Shown: in pieces, positions 51,101 through 63,284 of the stretch
How positions within the stretch are numbered: position 1 is the stretch's first letter
Layout of the letters: every line of letters starts with the position of its first letter
Origin: Prorocentrum cordatum
Taxonomy: Eukaryota
Length of the DNA stretch: 64,000 nucleotides
Assembly: GCA_963575745.1 (NCBI GenBank)
Contig: CAUYUJ010000108.1
Coordinates: forward strand, 1-64,000
Direction of reading: 5' to 3'
Notes under the pieces: model-generated
Seen by the model: the letters and a program-made list of their open reading frames with translations, nothing else
Told to the model about the DNA's origin: nothing
Databases searched by the model: none
Position numbers and translations under genes: made by a program

Positions 51101-51789
51101 AAACACGTTGACGATGCTGATGTCCATCTGTCGATGAGGCAGGTGATCGCGGTGATGCTGACAAGGTTGAAAAGGAAATCCACGCGCGCGGAAGTTCAGC
51201 AAATCCGTCAGACTGATCATGCGCGCGCGGCGGCGCGCGCCTGTGGCCTGCGTGGTGTTTTTGCCAGGGAGGCGCGCCCTCGGCGCATGACAAAAGTATC
51301 GCGGATGCACTGCGCGGTGACACGAAATCGCTGGATTGGTAGAATTCAAAAGACTCCTGTGTTTTTTTCTCTGATTTTAGCATGAGCGCGCGGAAAAACA
51401 TTCTATTGCAAGACTTATTTGTTTATTGTTAGTTTTTTTTTTTTTTTGTTTGTTTGTGTTTTTTTTTGGGGTAAAACAGTTATTTGCTGAAATGCTGGCA
51501 AGCACACTGTGTTTGGTACGATTTTGACATGGACGCGCGCGTGATGACTTTGTGGTGTTTGTTTGTTGTAAAGGATTCTTAAAACTTACGGTTTTTGATA
51601 AACGAATGTGCGCGCAAAATATTTGTTGCAGAGGATGGCGGGGGGGGGGCGATACCGGCCTGCCAGGGATAGTATGAAGTCATATTTCGGATGGACCATG
51701 GGGCATAATCATATGTGAATCGCTAAACGAAAAGGTGGGCCGTTAACTCCGGGGGGGGGTAGAGTCTATTCTTCTTTGAGAAGGGAGAA
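48187..51789. mobile_element. Three further copies of the same element (first one head-truncated)
   Basis: Same head, core and tail. Tails end at ~49338, 50696 and 51789. Confidence 0.88.
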
Positions 51790-52527
51790 TCAATGTTTTT
51801 TTTTGTCTCCCTCTCTCTTTTTTTGTCTTTTGTTTTCCCCCCCCCTGCACACACAGAGGAGGTGCCCAAAGGAGGAGAACCCATGTGGTGCAATCCAGGG
51901 CGGCGACGGGGCGGCCGGCGGCGGTGGCCACAGAGCCGCCAGACCGAAGACACGGCCCAGACGACGGGCGGCAACGAGGCGCCGACAGGGCGGCGGCGGC
52001 GGCGGCCGCGTGGCCGCCAGACCCAAGGCGCGGCCCAGTTCCGTAGCAGAGCAGAAGTAAGAGCCCCATAAGTGCAAGCACTTTGTAAGGAACGACCTTC
52101 GACTCTGCAGCGTCCTCTCCAACATCACCCAGTGGCTCCAATGCTGGGGGCCCCCAGAGCCTCATCGATCGCACGGGTCTCGCTTTCCGTGGGCTGCTCC
52201 TTCTTGGCCCTGGCGCCCGCATCGGGCACCAAGAGGCCCAGACCTCCGACGTGTTCATATTTCTTGACAAGCATGTAGTGCTCCTGGAGGTTTTGACCAC
52301 TCCCCCAGGACCGCAGTTTCCTCCTGCATCGTCTTTCAAAGGGTCCTGGGGCCCAAGTCAGGGCTCCTCGAGGCCGAAGAATGCAAACAAAAACGCCCGC
52401 TGTGATTTTTTCACGCTTCGACTATAGGCCTTGGGGGTGTTCGCCCGTGGAGCGCCCGCGCCGGCGAACCGCCGCCGCGCCGACGTCGAGCCGTGCAGGC
52501 CGTGGGGCCCCCCCCCCCCGGCGTGTC

Positions 52528-52615
52528 CCGCGAGCGTGTGGAGCATGCCGACGACGAAGCCGAGCCCCGCGACGACCGTGGGGGAGGCCACCTGAACGTA
52601 GCTCTCGACGCCCTC
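52528..52615 (-). CDS. Exon A of UreH/NicO-type (CGF-like) Ni/Co transporter-family gene: EGVESYVQVASPTVVAGLGFVVGMLHTLA(G)
   Basis: AG acceptor and GA donor. Splices in phase to exon B to rebuild HTLAGPDH. Confidence 0.88.
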
Positions 52616-52640
52616 CTGTTTTTGTTGCTGTTGCTGTTGC

Positions 52641-52671
<31 letters not shown>

Positions 52672-55600
52672 GAGGAGCAGGAGATGGGAGCGGACCGCGA
52701 TCATGTACACAACTCGCCTCGCCAAGCGTGCTGGCAATGTACTAGAAGTCCGACGCATGCCTGTCCTGCGAACGCTGCCGAAACGCAAGTGAGGGAAGAC
52801 GGGAACGGGCCATGCCACGATTACGTTGCTGCTAACTGCCCTCCTAGGTGGTAATGCGGTCGGGGGCTCTCGCTTGGCGCGTCACGGCGGCGGCCCCAGC
52901 GGCACGCCATGCCTTGCAGGCGGATGGGCGTGTCGCGCCGCTCCCCCGGGCGAGAGGCTGGGAAAAGGCTCGGGACGCTGACGCTCAGCCGGCCCGGATC
53001 ATAAAGGGTCCGCGATAAGGACGCAAGGGCCTTGGACGCCCATGTCGAAGCTTTTCGAGCGGGGCGCGGCCAACGAAGGTGGCGAAGGATGGACCGAGGA
53101 GGCAAACGGATGCAATCGTACACTTGGGGAACTTGCTCACTCTTGCCAGGCGGGTTGACTGTCGCGTGTCGCGCCGAAGCGAGGTGGGCCAGAGCGGGCG
53201 GCGCGACGCGCCGAGCCAACGTGCCCGACCAGATGCGCAGAAGTCGAGCAGAGCCCGCGCCACGGTGCACCGCTCCGCCGCCCGGAACGGCCAGCAGAGG
53301 CGCGCCGGCAGGCAGGCTGTGAGGGGGGCTTGGCAGAGCACGAGAGGAAGGGGTCTACATAGAGGGCATGCCTGCGTCACTGGTAGCAGCCCGCGTTCGG
53401 GGATCCACGCGCTCGTCGGAATCTCTGCGCCCGAGCGCGGCAGAGACGTGTTCCCAAAGGGCTCGAAGCTTCGGGGGGGGATTCTGGCTCCCCACGGCGA
53501 TCGTTTAGCTTGCCACCCAACTTGTATACGAGTGTACGCGACACCAAAAGCTGTCACGATACCTCACTGTTCTGGAGTCAGCTCTGGGAAATCGAATCGA
53601 AATCAAACCCCAGGCCAGATCGATCCTAGGCCAAAAGGTCATGTGTTCCCCGAGTCTGCGAGCCCGGGTGACTTACGGTATTCGGAGGCTGCCAGATGCG
53701 CTACTGGCCCAAGGTGCTCCTAGCTTCCCGCGCCATTTTGGACACCCTGGGGCCCAGGCCAGGAGTGAGGCAGTTCGACATGACCCGATCTGTGACCCTA
53801 GTACTTCAGCAACCCACAAGACTGATTAGCAAAGCGCTGTGGTGTGCGTGCGGCTCGGTGTCCACCGATACAGCAATTTCGCAGGTCGAAATCTTGACCT
53901 GGTGCTTGTGGCGGCCATGCCGAGGCAAATCGCGGCCGAGGGGTGAGCGCATACCCCGCCGAGCGAACCCCGCTGCGGCTGAGCACTCAGCGCGGTGGTC
54001 ATGTCAACGGTGACGAGCGGCCGAGGCGATGCGCCCTGCACCTCTCAGAAATCGAAAGCTGGCCCTCCTAAAGAGGCCCAGGAGACCGAGCCAAACTCCT
54101 CGAGGTCCGCGCCGTCTCTTGATAGATTTGGTACCCAACTCTGGACATGGTTCTTCCGAACCGGCTGGGCGGTGTGAGACCACTATGGCATTCGAAGCAT
54201 TCGACGCCGTGCTTTTTCACAACGTGGCCCCCCGGAGGTCTGGACCCCTTCCCTTGGATCAGTTTTTCACCCCGAGTTGTTTTTTGGCGATCCCAGGGCC
54301 CGATGAGGGCCCCCAAAGGGCGACAATTGACCAACGCCTCCCGTCGTTGTTTTCCACAACGCGAGGATGTCAGGGAGCCACTATGGCTTAGCAGCCACTA
54401 GGGCTTGGCATCAAGCGTGGCGGTCACGTCGGCGGTAACGAGCTGCCGACGGGCTGAACGCACGCCTGCTGGGCTACCTCCGCCGCGGCTTTGCACCGAG
54501 CCGGACGCCCGTGCTGGCTCTGCTGAGCAATGTCTGGGGGAAGAACGAAGGAGGGAAGAAGAGAAGGAGGAGGAACATACGAGGATAACGAGGAGGGGGA
54601 GGAGGAGGTGGAGGGGGGAGAGGAGGAGAGGAGGCAAGGACAGGAGGATGAGGTAAGGACGAGGCTGAGATGGAGGAGGAGAGAGGACGGGAGGACGGGA
54701 GGGTGAGGGACGGAAAGGAGGAGGGGGAGCAGGAGGAGGAGGAGGAGGAGAACAAGGAGGAGGATGAGGAGAAAGAGGAGGAGGAAAAGGATGAAGAACG
54801 CAAGTAGCTGAGCGTCGAGCGTCGTCGCGACTGCATGCTGATGGCAGCCTGCGCTGCTCTGAGTAGGGTTACGTATGCAGTGGAGGTCCGAAGAGAGGAG
54901 GCAGCGAGGAGGAGAAGGAGTAGGAGGGGGGAGAGGGCTCACACGTCCCACTGATCCAAATCCGCATGGCCTCGCACTCAGCAGAGAGGTTCGTTGAAGC
55001 TTCCTGCTGCGACAGAACATGGCGGTCAAAAGCTGTCTTTGCTTTGCAGGCAATCGGTGGGCACTTGATGGGCAATGTTGCACACACTGGCACGCCTAGC
55101 AGAAGCAACATCAGACATTAAGAGCGATACGCCTCCTCGTCCGCCCCCATCCCCCGCCCAGTCCTCCTCCTCTCCCTATTCCTCCTCCAAGCTGTCCATG
55201 AGGCCCTCGACCACGTTGGTCACTCGCATCAGCCCCACAAGGCCAACGAAAGCTGCTATAATGCCGCAGATGCACAGCGTGGCTGTCACCACCAAGCGCG
55301 CCGATAGAGTGCGCCTCGCTGTCCTGCATGCGGTTACTGATATTGAAATAAACGATTACCGGCATGTGGGCGCCGAACAATGAAACAGAAGCAAGCCATA
55401 CATGCAGAGCCATGCGTGTGTGGAGCCCTGGGTGTGGAACTTTATGTGCGGAACCACATGTGTGTGACCCTATGCATGGACTCCTGCGTGTAGAACCTTG
55501 TGTGTGTGTGTGTGTTTGTTTGTTTGTCTGTGTGTGTGGGGGGCGGGAACTTGTGTGTGTGTGTGTTTGGCTCAAGCCGTTGCCTGTGGGCTTCCCGTCC

Positions 55601-56444
55601 CCTGGGGTGGGGACTGAGTGGCTGCGCGCCCTTCACACTTCCTACATGCCAATCATCAAAACCACGGGGCTGTTTTTCAGCGCTGCGGACGGCGCAACCT
55701 TTGACGTGGTCGACCTCGGTGGCGACAGCATCGTCATGGCACGGGGGATCGTCCAGTCCGATGGTGGTCAACAGCTCCGACGACAAAGGGTGAGCGGGGT
55801 CAGGCTCTCCAGCTGCTCCCTCGGCGCCGCGGCCCTCTTCAGTTTCGTGCCTGCGGCTGTTGGCTTCGCCACGGCGCAGTTGGCAGCAGAGGCGTGACTT
55901 TGTCACATGCTGCGGTGCAGTGTTCGTGAAGCGCGCAGGTGGAGCTCCTGCGGTTGCTCTATTTGATTGTTAGTTTGTTATTGTTTTTATTTGTTTGCTG
56001 CTGCTCTCTGCTATGCTGGTGGCTCGCCTTCTCTGTTCTTGGTAGTGACCTTGCCTCGCTTGCAGTCGGAGTGGCAGAGAACCCTTGGTCCTGAGGGGAC
56101 AGCGGCGTTTACATGTTATTTAACCGCTTTGAGCGTTGGAGCGGATGCCCTCGGCCACGATGGACGGCAGACTCCGAGGCGAGCGGCTTTACGAAAGAAG
56201 TGAAGCACTTTCAGTTTCTGTGCTGCATGGCGTACACTTGTCCAGTTGGCTGGAACTCTGCATCGATGTCCTGGTAGGTATGAACTGCAACTCGCAGTTT
56301 TAGTTGCTGGGTGGTATGGCGTGCGCTTGTCCAGTTGGCTGGAAGGTTGCATATATGTCCTGGCATGTATGAGTTGGAGCTGGCGATTATTTGTGATTCA
56401 GTCGATTTGGGCGTGGGTGGGATCCCCTTTTTCCCAAGTCATGC

Positions 56445-58040
56445 TTGCCTAAGGGGTTCTTACTTGGTTAACGGCTGCTGCCTTCTAATGTTACTTTGCC
56501 CGTTCCTCGAAGGTTCTTCGGGTTCTTTGGCGCCCGGTGCCTCCTATTGTTACGTTGCCCGTTGCCCGGAGGTACCTCGGGTTTCTCGGATTCCCTGCCC
56601 TTGGTGCCTTCTATTGTTACGTTGCCCGTTGCCCGTGGGTTCTCTGGGTTCCTCGGGTTCTCCGTCCCCGGTGTCTTTTGCCAAGCGAGGCCAAGCAATG
56701 CCAAGCAATGTGACGCAATGCCAGGCAATGCCAAGCATTGCCAAACAATGCCAAGCAATGCCAAGCAATGCGAAGCAATGCGAAGCAATGCCAAGCAACG
56801 CCAAGCAATGCCAATCAATGTGCCAAGCAATGTGCCAAGCAATGTCAAGCACTGCGCTCATACAATAGGACGCTTTCCCCTAATTGGGGTCGCGCCAGGT
56901 TCATTGTGCGATGTCTTGTCGCTTATCCACAAAAATATACAGCGTGCGAAATGCTGTTTCCCCACTTAGGCCTGCCTAAAAGGTTCTTACTTGGTTAACG
57001 GTCGGTGTCTCCTATTGTCACTTTGCTCGTTGCTCGGAGGTTCCGCCCCAAGCCTCCTATTATCACTTTGCCCGTTGCTCCAAGGTTCCTCGGGTTCCTC
57101 GGGTTCCTCAAGATCCCCGCCCCCGGTGCCTCCCCTTGTTACGTTGCCCGTTCCCAGGAAGCTCCTCGGGTTTCCCGGCTTCCTCAGGTTCCCCGCCCCC
57201 GGTGCCTCGTACTCTTATTGTGCCCGTTCCCTGAAGGTTCCTCGGGTTCCCTGGGTTCCTCAGGTTCCCCCCCCTGGTTGTTGGTCTTGTTTTCCAGCAG
57301 TGCCCAGCAATATCAGGCAACATCAAGCAACGCCAAGCAGAACAAAGCAGATCGAAGCAACGCCAACCAATGCCAAGCTTCGCCAAGCAATGCCAAGCGA
57401 TGCGAAGCAATGTCAAGCAATGCCAAGTAAATAATACCAAACACTACCAAGCAACACCAACCAATGCCAAACCGTGCAAAGAAACGCCAAGCAGTGCCTC
57501 GCAACGCTAAGCAACATCAAACAACGCCAAGCAACGCCAAGCAATTCAAAGCAACGCTAAGTATGCCACGCAGCGCCAAGCAGCGCCAAGCAGTGCCAAG
57601 CGATGCGAAACAATGCCAAGCAATGCCAAGCAGCGCCAAGCGATGCCAAGCGATGCCAAGCAGCGCCAAGCAACGCCAAGCAATGCCAAGCAATGCCGAG
57701 CCGTGCAAAGCAACGCCAAGCAACGCCACGCAACGCCAAGCAACGCCAAGCAGTGCCAAGCAACGCCAAACAATGCAAATCAACGCTAGGTAATGCCACG
57801 CAGCGCCAAGCAGCGCCGAGTAATGCCAAGCGATGCGAAGCAAAGCCAAGCAGCGCCAAGCAATGCCAAGCAATGCCAAGCAACGCAAAGCCATGCCAAT
57901 CATTGTCAATCAATGGCAAGTAGCACCAAGCGGTACAACGCACTGCCAAACAATGCAATACAATGCAAAGCAATGCCAAACAATTCTAAGCAACACCGCT
58001 TAGGAAATGTTCCCCTACTTGGGGTCGCGCCGGATTCACT
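56445..58040. repeat. Two related modules, each with a gcctaa..ggttcttacttggttaacgg head, a (GCCAAGCAAT)n 10-mer satellite and a ttccccta.ttggggtcgcgcc tail
   Basis: Heads at ~56447 and ~56974, tails at ~56876 and ~58010. Confidence 0.8.
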
Positions 58041-58241
58041 TTTTTTTGCTGTTGCTCTCTGCTATACTGGTGGCTCGCCTTTTCTATTTTTGGTGGTTAC
58101 CTTGCCTCTCTTGCGGTCGGAGCGCCAGGGGACTCTTGTCCCTGTCAACACATTGTTTGAAACCAACGGCGTTTACGAGTTCCTTAACCGGTTTGGGCGT
58201 TGGAATGGATGCCCTCGGCCACGGTGGACGGCAGACCAAAG

Positions 58242-58242
<1 letters not shown>

Positions 58243-58280
<38 letters not shown>

Positions 58281-58290
58281 CTGTGTGTGC

Positions 58291-58325
<35 letters not shown>

Positions 58326-58356
58326 AGAGTGTGTTTTTGAATGTGTGTATGCGTGC

Positions 58357-58403
<47 letters not shown>

Positions 58404-58970
58404 TGTGTGTCTGTGTGTCTGTGTGCGCGTGCGCGTGCGCATGCGCGTGCGCGTGCGCGTGCGTGTGCGTGTGCGTATGCGTGTGCGTGTGCGTGTGCGT
58501 GTGCGTGTGCGTGCGTGTGCGTGTGCGTGTGCGTGTGCGTGTGCGTGTGCGTGTGCGTGTGCGTGTGCGTGTGCGTGTGCGTGTGCGTGTGCGTGTGCGT
58601 GTGCGTGTGCGTGTGCGTGTGCGTGTGCGTGTGCGTGTGCGTGTGCGTGTGCGTGTGCGTGTGCGTGTGCGAGTGCGTGTGCGTGTGCGTGTGCGTGTGC
58701 GTGTGCGTGTGCGTGTGCGTGTGCGTGTGCGTGTGCGTGTGCGTGTGCGTGTGCGTGTGCGTGTGCGTGTGCGTGTGCGTGTGCGTGTGCGTGTGCGTGT
58801 GCGTGTGCGTGTGCGTGTTCGTGTGCGTTTGCGTGTGCGTGTGCGTGTGCGTGTGCGTGTGCGTGTGCGTGTGCGTGTGCGTGTGCGTGTGCGTGTGCGT
58901 GTGCGTGTGCGTGTGCGTGTGCGTGTGCGTGTGCGTGTGCTGTGCGTGTGCGTGTGCGTGTGCGTGTGCG
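58243..58970. repeat. (GT)n/(GTGTGC)n microsatellite running into the assembly gap (N 58971-59070)
   Basis: Directly visible. Confidence 0.97.
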
Positions 58971-59070
58971 NNNNNNNNNNNNNNNNNNNNNNNNNNNNNN
59001 NNNNNNNNNNNNNNNNNNNNNNNNNNNNNNNNNNNNNNNNNNNNNNNNNNNNNNNNNNNNNNNNNNNNNN

Positions 59071-59840
59071 CGTCACGGATAGCGGCCGTGGTGAGAGACC
59101 ACCCCCTGCGCACCCCCTTGTGGTGTCGAGAATATGCCGCGCCTGCTGTGCCCTGGACGACCGTCACGGATAGCGGCCGCGGTGAGAGACCACCCCCTGC
59201 GCACCCCCTATGGTGTCGAGAATATGCCATGCCTGCTGTGCCCTGGACGACCGTCTCGGATAGCGGCCGCGGTAAGAGACCACCCCTTGCGCACCCCCTA
59301 CGCTGTCGAGAATATGCCATGCCTGCTGTGCCCTGGACGACCGTCACGGATAGCGGCCGCGGTGAGAGACCACCCCCTGCGCAACGCCTATGGTGTCGAG
59401 AATATGCCATGCCTGCTGTGCCCTGGACGACTGTCACGGATAGCGGCCGCGGTGAGAGACCACCCCTTGCGCACCCCCTAGGGTGTCGAGAATATGCCAT
59501 GCCTGCTGTGCCCTGGACGACCGTCACGGATAGCGGCCGCGGTTGAGGACCACCCCCGGCACCCTTGTGTGTCGAGATATGCCATGTTTGCTGTGCACTG
59601 GACGACCGTCACGGATAGCGGCCGCGGTAAGAGACCACCCCTTGCGCACCCCCTACGCTGTCGAGAATATGCCATGCCTGCTGTGCCCTGGACGACCGTC
59701 ACGGATAGCGGCCGCGGTTAGAGACCACCCCTTGCGCACCCCCTACGCTGTCGAGAATATGCCATGCCTGCTGTGCCCTGGACGACCGTCACGGATAGCG
59801 GCCGCGGTGAGAGACCAGCCCCTACGCACCCCCTACGCTG
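59071..59840. repeat. 90-bp tandem satellite, ~8.5 copies
   Basis: cgtcacggatagcggccgcggt.agagaccacccc...ccctggacgac at 90-bp period, with no unique spacers. Confidence 0.95.
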
Positions 59841-60516
59841 TTGTGCATGTGCTGTGCTGTGCTGTGCTGTGCTGTGCTGTGCTGTGCTGTGCTGTGCTGT
59901 GCTGTGCTGTGCTGTGCTGCGCTGTGTAAGAAGGAGAAAGAGGGGAGGAGGAGACGCGGGTGCGCCGCGGCAGGGAAGAAAACCATAACCCCACGAACCA
60001 TGTGGGGAAAAACCTCGAACTTCGAACCCGAAAACCCTTCGGCGGCGAAATCCGAACCCTACCCTCGCTGATCCACGATTCAGGCAACTCGATGGGCGGC
60101 GGGGGTAGGGTTCGGAATTCGTCGAACACGTGACGGAATCCGAACCCAACCCCCGCCCCACATCAATTCAACGGAATCGATGCTTGGTGGGGGTATGGCT
60201 CGGATGTCGCCACCTAAACCCTCGAACCGTCGAAAAACCTCGAACCGCCGAAAGACCTCCAACTGCGAAAAGCCTCGAACCCGCAGAGCCTCGAACCTCG
60301 AACAGCCGAATAACCTCGGCCCTCGAACCCGAGAGCCCCACGCCCAACCAGAGAGGAGGAGGAGGAGGAGGAGGAGGAGGAGGAGGAGGAGGAGGAGGAG
60401 GAGGAGGAGGAGAAGGAGCAGGAGGAGGAGAAGGAGGAGGAGGAGGAGGAGGATGGAGGAGGAGGAGGAGGCAGATGAGGAGGAGTAGGAGGAGGAGGAG
60501 GAAGAGGAGGAGGAGG

Positions 60517-61815
60517 ATCAAGGCGCGCGCAGCCTCTGCCCGGCCGCCTCTCTCATCACCCGCCTTTCCCTTCTCCCCGTCCCTTGCCCCCCCCGTCACC
60601 ACGCGATCGCCGACGACGGCCGCGCGGAGGAGGCTGCAGGCCTGCGCACCTACATTGTTGTTTGACGAGCAGTGCAACACCATGGAGGTCGACGTACACC
60701 CTGGCGGCGCGCCGCCGGCAGCGGCGGCGGCGGCGGCTGGGACGGGGCACGACGCGGCCTATGGCGCTGCACCGGCGGCGGCGGCGATGAGGTCGACGCA
60801 GACCCCCGCGCGTCAGACGAAGGTGACACTGGAGCCACCCAGGGAGGCGGAGCGTGGACCATCTCTGCCCCCTCCTCGCGCACCCTCTCGATGTGTGCGA
60901 GTTGCCTAGGTCCCGGCCAGAGCGCCGCGCGTGCGCCGAGGAGGGCAGTGCGCCCGTTTGCACCACATCGGCTGCGTGCGCCCGTTTGCACCACATCGGC
61001 TGCGTCGCTTCACTGCGCGGCCCAGTCGAGCAGCTGGCTGGGTGGGGCCACCTCCGCGCGGAAAAGCAGGCGGAGGCCCAGGCCGCTTTCGGGGCAGCGG
61101 CTTTTGACGCCGCATTTGCTGCTGGGCCGCTGCCTGGACCTGCTCCCGGGACGGCGGCGGGGGGCGCAGAAGTGCAATGAAGGAGGCAGGAGGCGAGGAG
61201 AGAGGAGGCGGTGCAGCTCGGGGTGCTGCGTGGAGTTCTGGGACTCGCTGCCTTGGGACCGCCTGCGTGGCCCGGCGCGCGCAGTCCGCGTGGTCCTTGG
61301 GGCTGTCCAGTACGCAGTGGCCGACTTGCGCAAGGCCTTGTGCGACGCCATGCTCGCGGCCGCCGCAGAGCAGGCGCGGCTCCCGAAGGCGATCCTCTGT
61401 TCCGACGGCCTGCTTTTCGCCGCCGCGTGCTGGCGCCGAGGAGGGCGCGGGGCCAGAGTGGCGAAACCTCGGCCTGGACACTGGCAAGGCGCATCCTGCT
61501 GGCGTGGGAAGGCTCTCGTGACATCCTCTGGCAGGAGCCTGGGGCCTCGCCGGGAGAACTCAGAGCCGCAGCGCCGTCCGCGGCGCAGCAGCTGACCAAG
61601 GGCCCCCAGACCATCGAAGAGGCTCTGGCGGAGGAGGACATCCAGGAGGCCCTCAGGGTCGTGGGCGGGCGGGCCCACATGGCCTCGGACAGCAAGGCCC
61701 AGCGGTGCCCTCCCAGCCTTTTCCCGCGGGTGGCCTGCCACCCCGCCCTCTTCTTTGAGGGGCGGCGGAGGTGTCTGCCAGTTCCCGATCAGCGGGAGGG
61801 ACCTGCGCGAACCGT
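60517..61815 (+). mobile_element. Diverged 5' portion of a related CRE-like element, ending before the RT
   Basis: EFWDSLPWDRL / AVQYAVADLRKALCDA / EALAEEDIQEALRVVGG..AQRCPPSLFP match EFWDTISWDSL / AVRYAIADLRKALADA / EALAQEDLREALRVVDG..ARRCLSALFP at 1.87-2.37 kb. The 5' leader is also similar. (GGA)n on both sides. Confidence 0.85.
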
Positions 61816-62246
61816 TGGAGGACGAGGAGGAGGAGGAGGAGGAGGAGGAGGAGGAGGACGACGAGGACCAGTGTAAACCCAAGAGTCATCAACGATGTTG
61901 GAATAAACCCTCCCTCCAAACTCCCTCTTCATAGGCCCCTGCAACGGTTCATTTCCACAGAGGGAACTGCCTCGTTGGAAGACAACCGTTTGAAGACCCA
62001 TACCAAAACATTGTTCTCGGGATTCCAACGCCACAGGTCAACCTGAGTCGTGCGTTTTGACGATCCTGAATCGCGCCAGAACGCCATTCCTGGGATTTCA
62101 ACACCGCGGGAAAAAAGTATCTGCTGCGCCCGCAAAATCATGAATCCTTCCAAAACACCATCTCTGGCACGCTGATCACTGGAATCCGTGAGACTTGTTT
62201 TTGTTATTTTGCTTCTTTTTTTTATTATATATACATATATATATAC

Positions 62247-62277
<31 letters not shown>

Positions 62278-62279
62278 GA

Positions 62280-62790
62280 TAAACGAATGTGCGTGGCGCG
62301 GCGCCAAGGCGAGAGCCACATTTTGAAAAGGAGCCGCTTTGAATCCGTGAACCATTGGGAAATGTGTTAAAACAATGTACGCGGCGCTGAGGCGAGAACC
62401 ACACTTTGAAAACGGCCCGCCCTCAATCCGTGAAACAGTTGCAATTGTTTAAACAAGTTGCTCGCGGGGCTAAGGCAAAAACCACATTTTCAAAAAAGGC
62501 CCACCTTCAGTTCGTGAAATTGTTTTGCAAAGTTGTCAAGCAAATGCGCGCGGTGTTTAGGCGAGAGACACGTTTTGAAAACAGCCCGCCCTCAATCCGC
62601 GAGCTTCTTGCTTTTTTCAAAACGAATGTGCGCGGCGCTGAGGCGAAACCCGCATTTTGAAAACGATCCGCCCTCCGTTTGTGAACGTGCTGCCAATGTT
62701 TAAGCTTCAGGGTCACAAGTGGCTGGGAAGTTTCAGACAAAACGCCCGGCCCGCCCTAAAAAGTGGATTCGCGGTGCGGCAGGGAGAAAA
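62280..62790. repeat. Degenerate ~84-bp tandem repeat
   Basis: gcgcggcgctgaggcgag...ttttgaaaac.gcccgccctcaatccgtgaa recurs about 5-6 times. Confidence 0.8.
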
Positions 62791-63284
62791 TACTTATAAG
62801 GAAAACGAGAGGGGGAAGAGGAGGAGGAGGAGGAGGAGGAGGAGGAGGAGGAGGAGCAGGAGCAGGCGCAGGAGGAGGAGAGGGAGGAGGAGGAGGAGGA
62901 GGAGGAGGAGGAGGAGGGAGGGCATGAGCGAGAGAAGGCATGGGAGGAGGAAAAGGAGGAGGAGGAGAGGAGTGAGGAGGAGGAGTAGGAGGAGCGAGGA
63001 AGAGGGAGGGAGGAGTGAGGAGGGACGGAGGAGGAGGAGGGAGGAGGGAAGGAGAGAGGAGGGTGGAGGGAGACTCAGGAGGGAGGAGGAGGAGGAGGAG
63101 GAGGGAGGAGGGAGGAGGACGGTAGGAGGGAGGAGGAAGGCGGAGGAGGAGGAGGAGGAGGAGGAGGGAGGAGGAGGAGGAGGAGGAGGAGGAGGAGTAG
63201 GAGGAGGAGGAGGAGGAGGAGGAGGAGGAGGGAGGAGGGAGGAGCAGGATGTCGAAGCTCGAGGCCGAGAAGCCTCCCGCCCTC

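Noticed and set aside
52800..54400. Unique-looking stretch as a gene or decayed retroelement (also 43680-43990 and 44560-45200)
   Set aside because: No diagnostic motif found in any frame by eye.
57793..59546. Cys/Val/Arg-repeat ORFs spanning the gap
   Set aside because: Microsatellite translations read through Ns.
59071..59840. CRISPR-like array
   Set aside because: Units are contiguous 90-bp near-identical repeats with no unique spacers, there are no cas genes, and the context is eukaryotic.
60515..60522. GGATCAAG as an SL relic heading the second CRE-like copy
   Set aside because: Only a 7/8 match, partly contributed by the GGA tract. The first CRE-like copy shows no SL.
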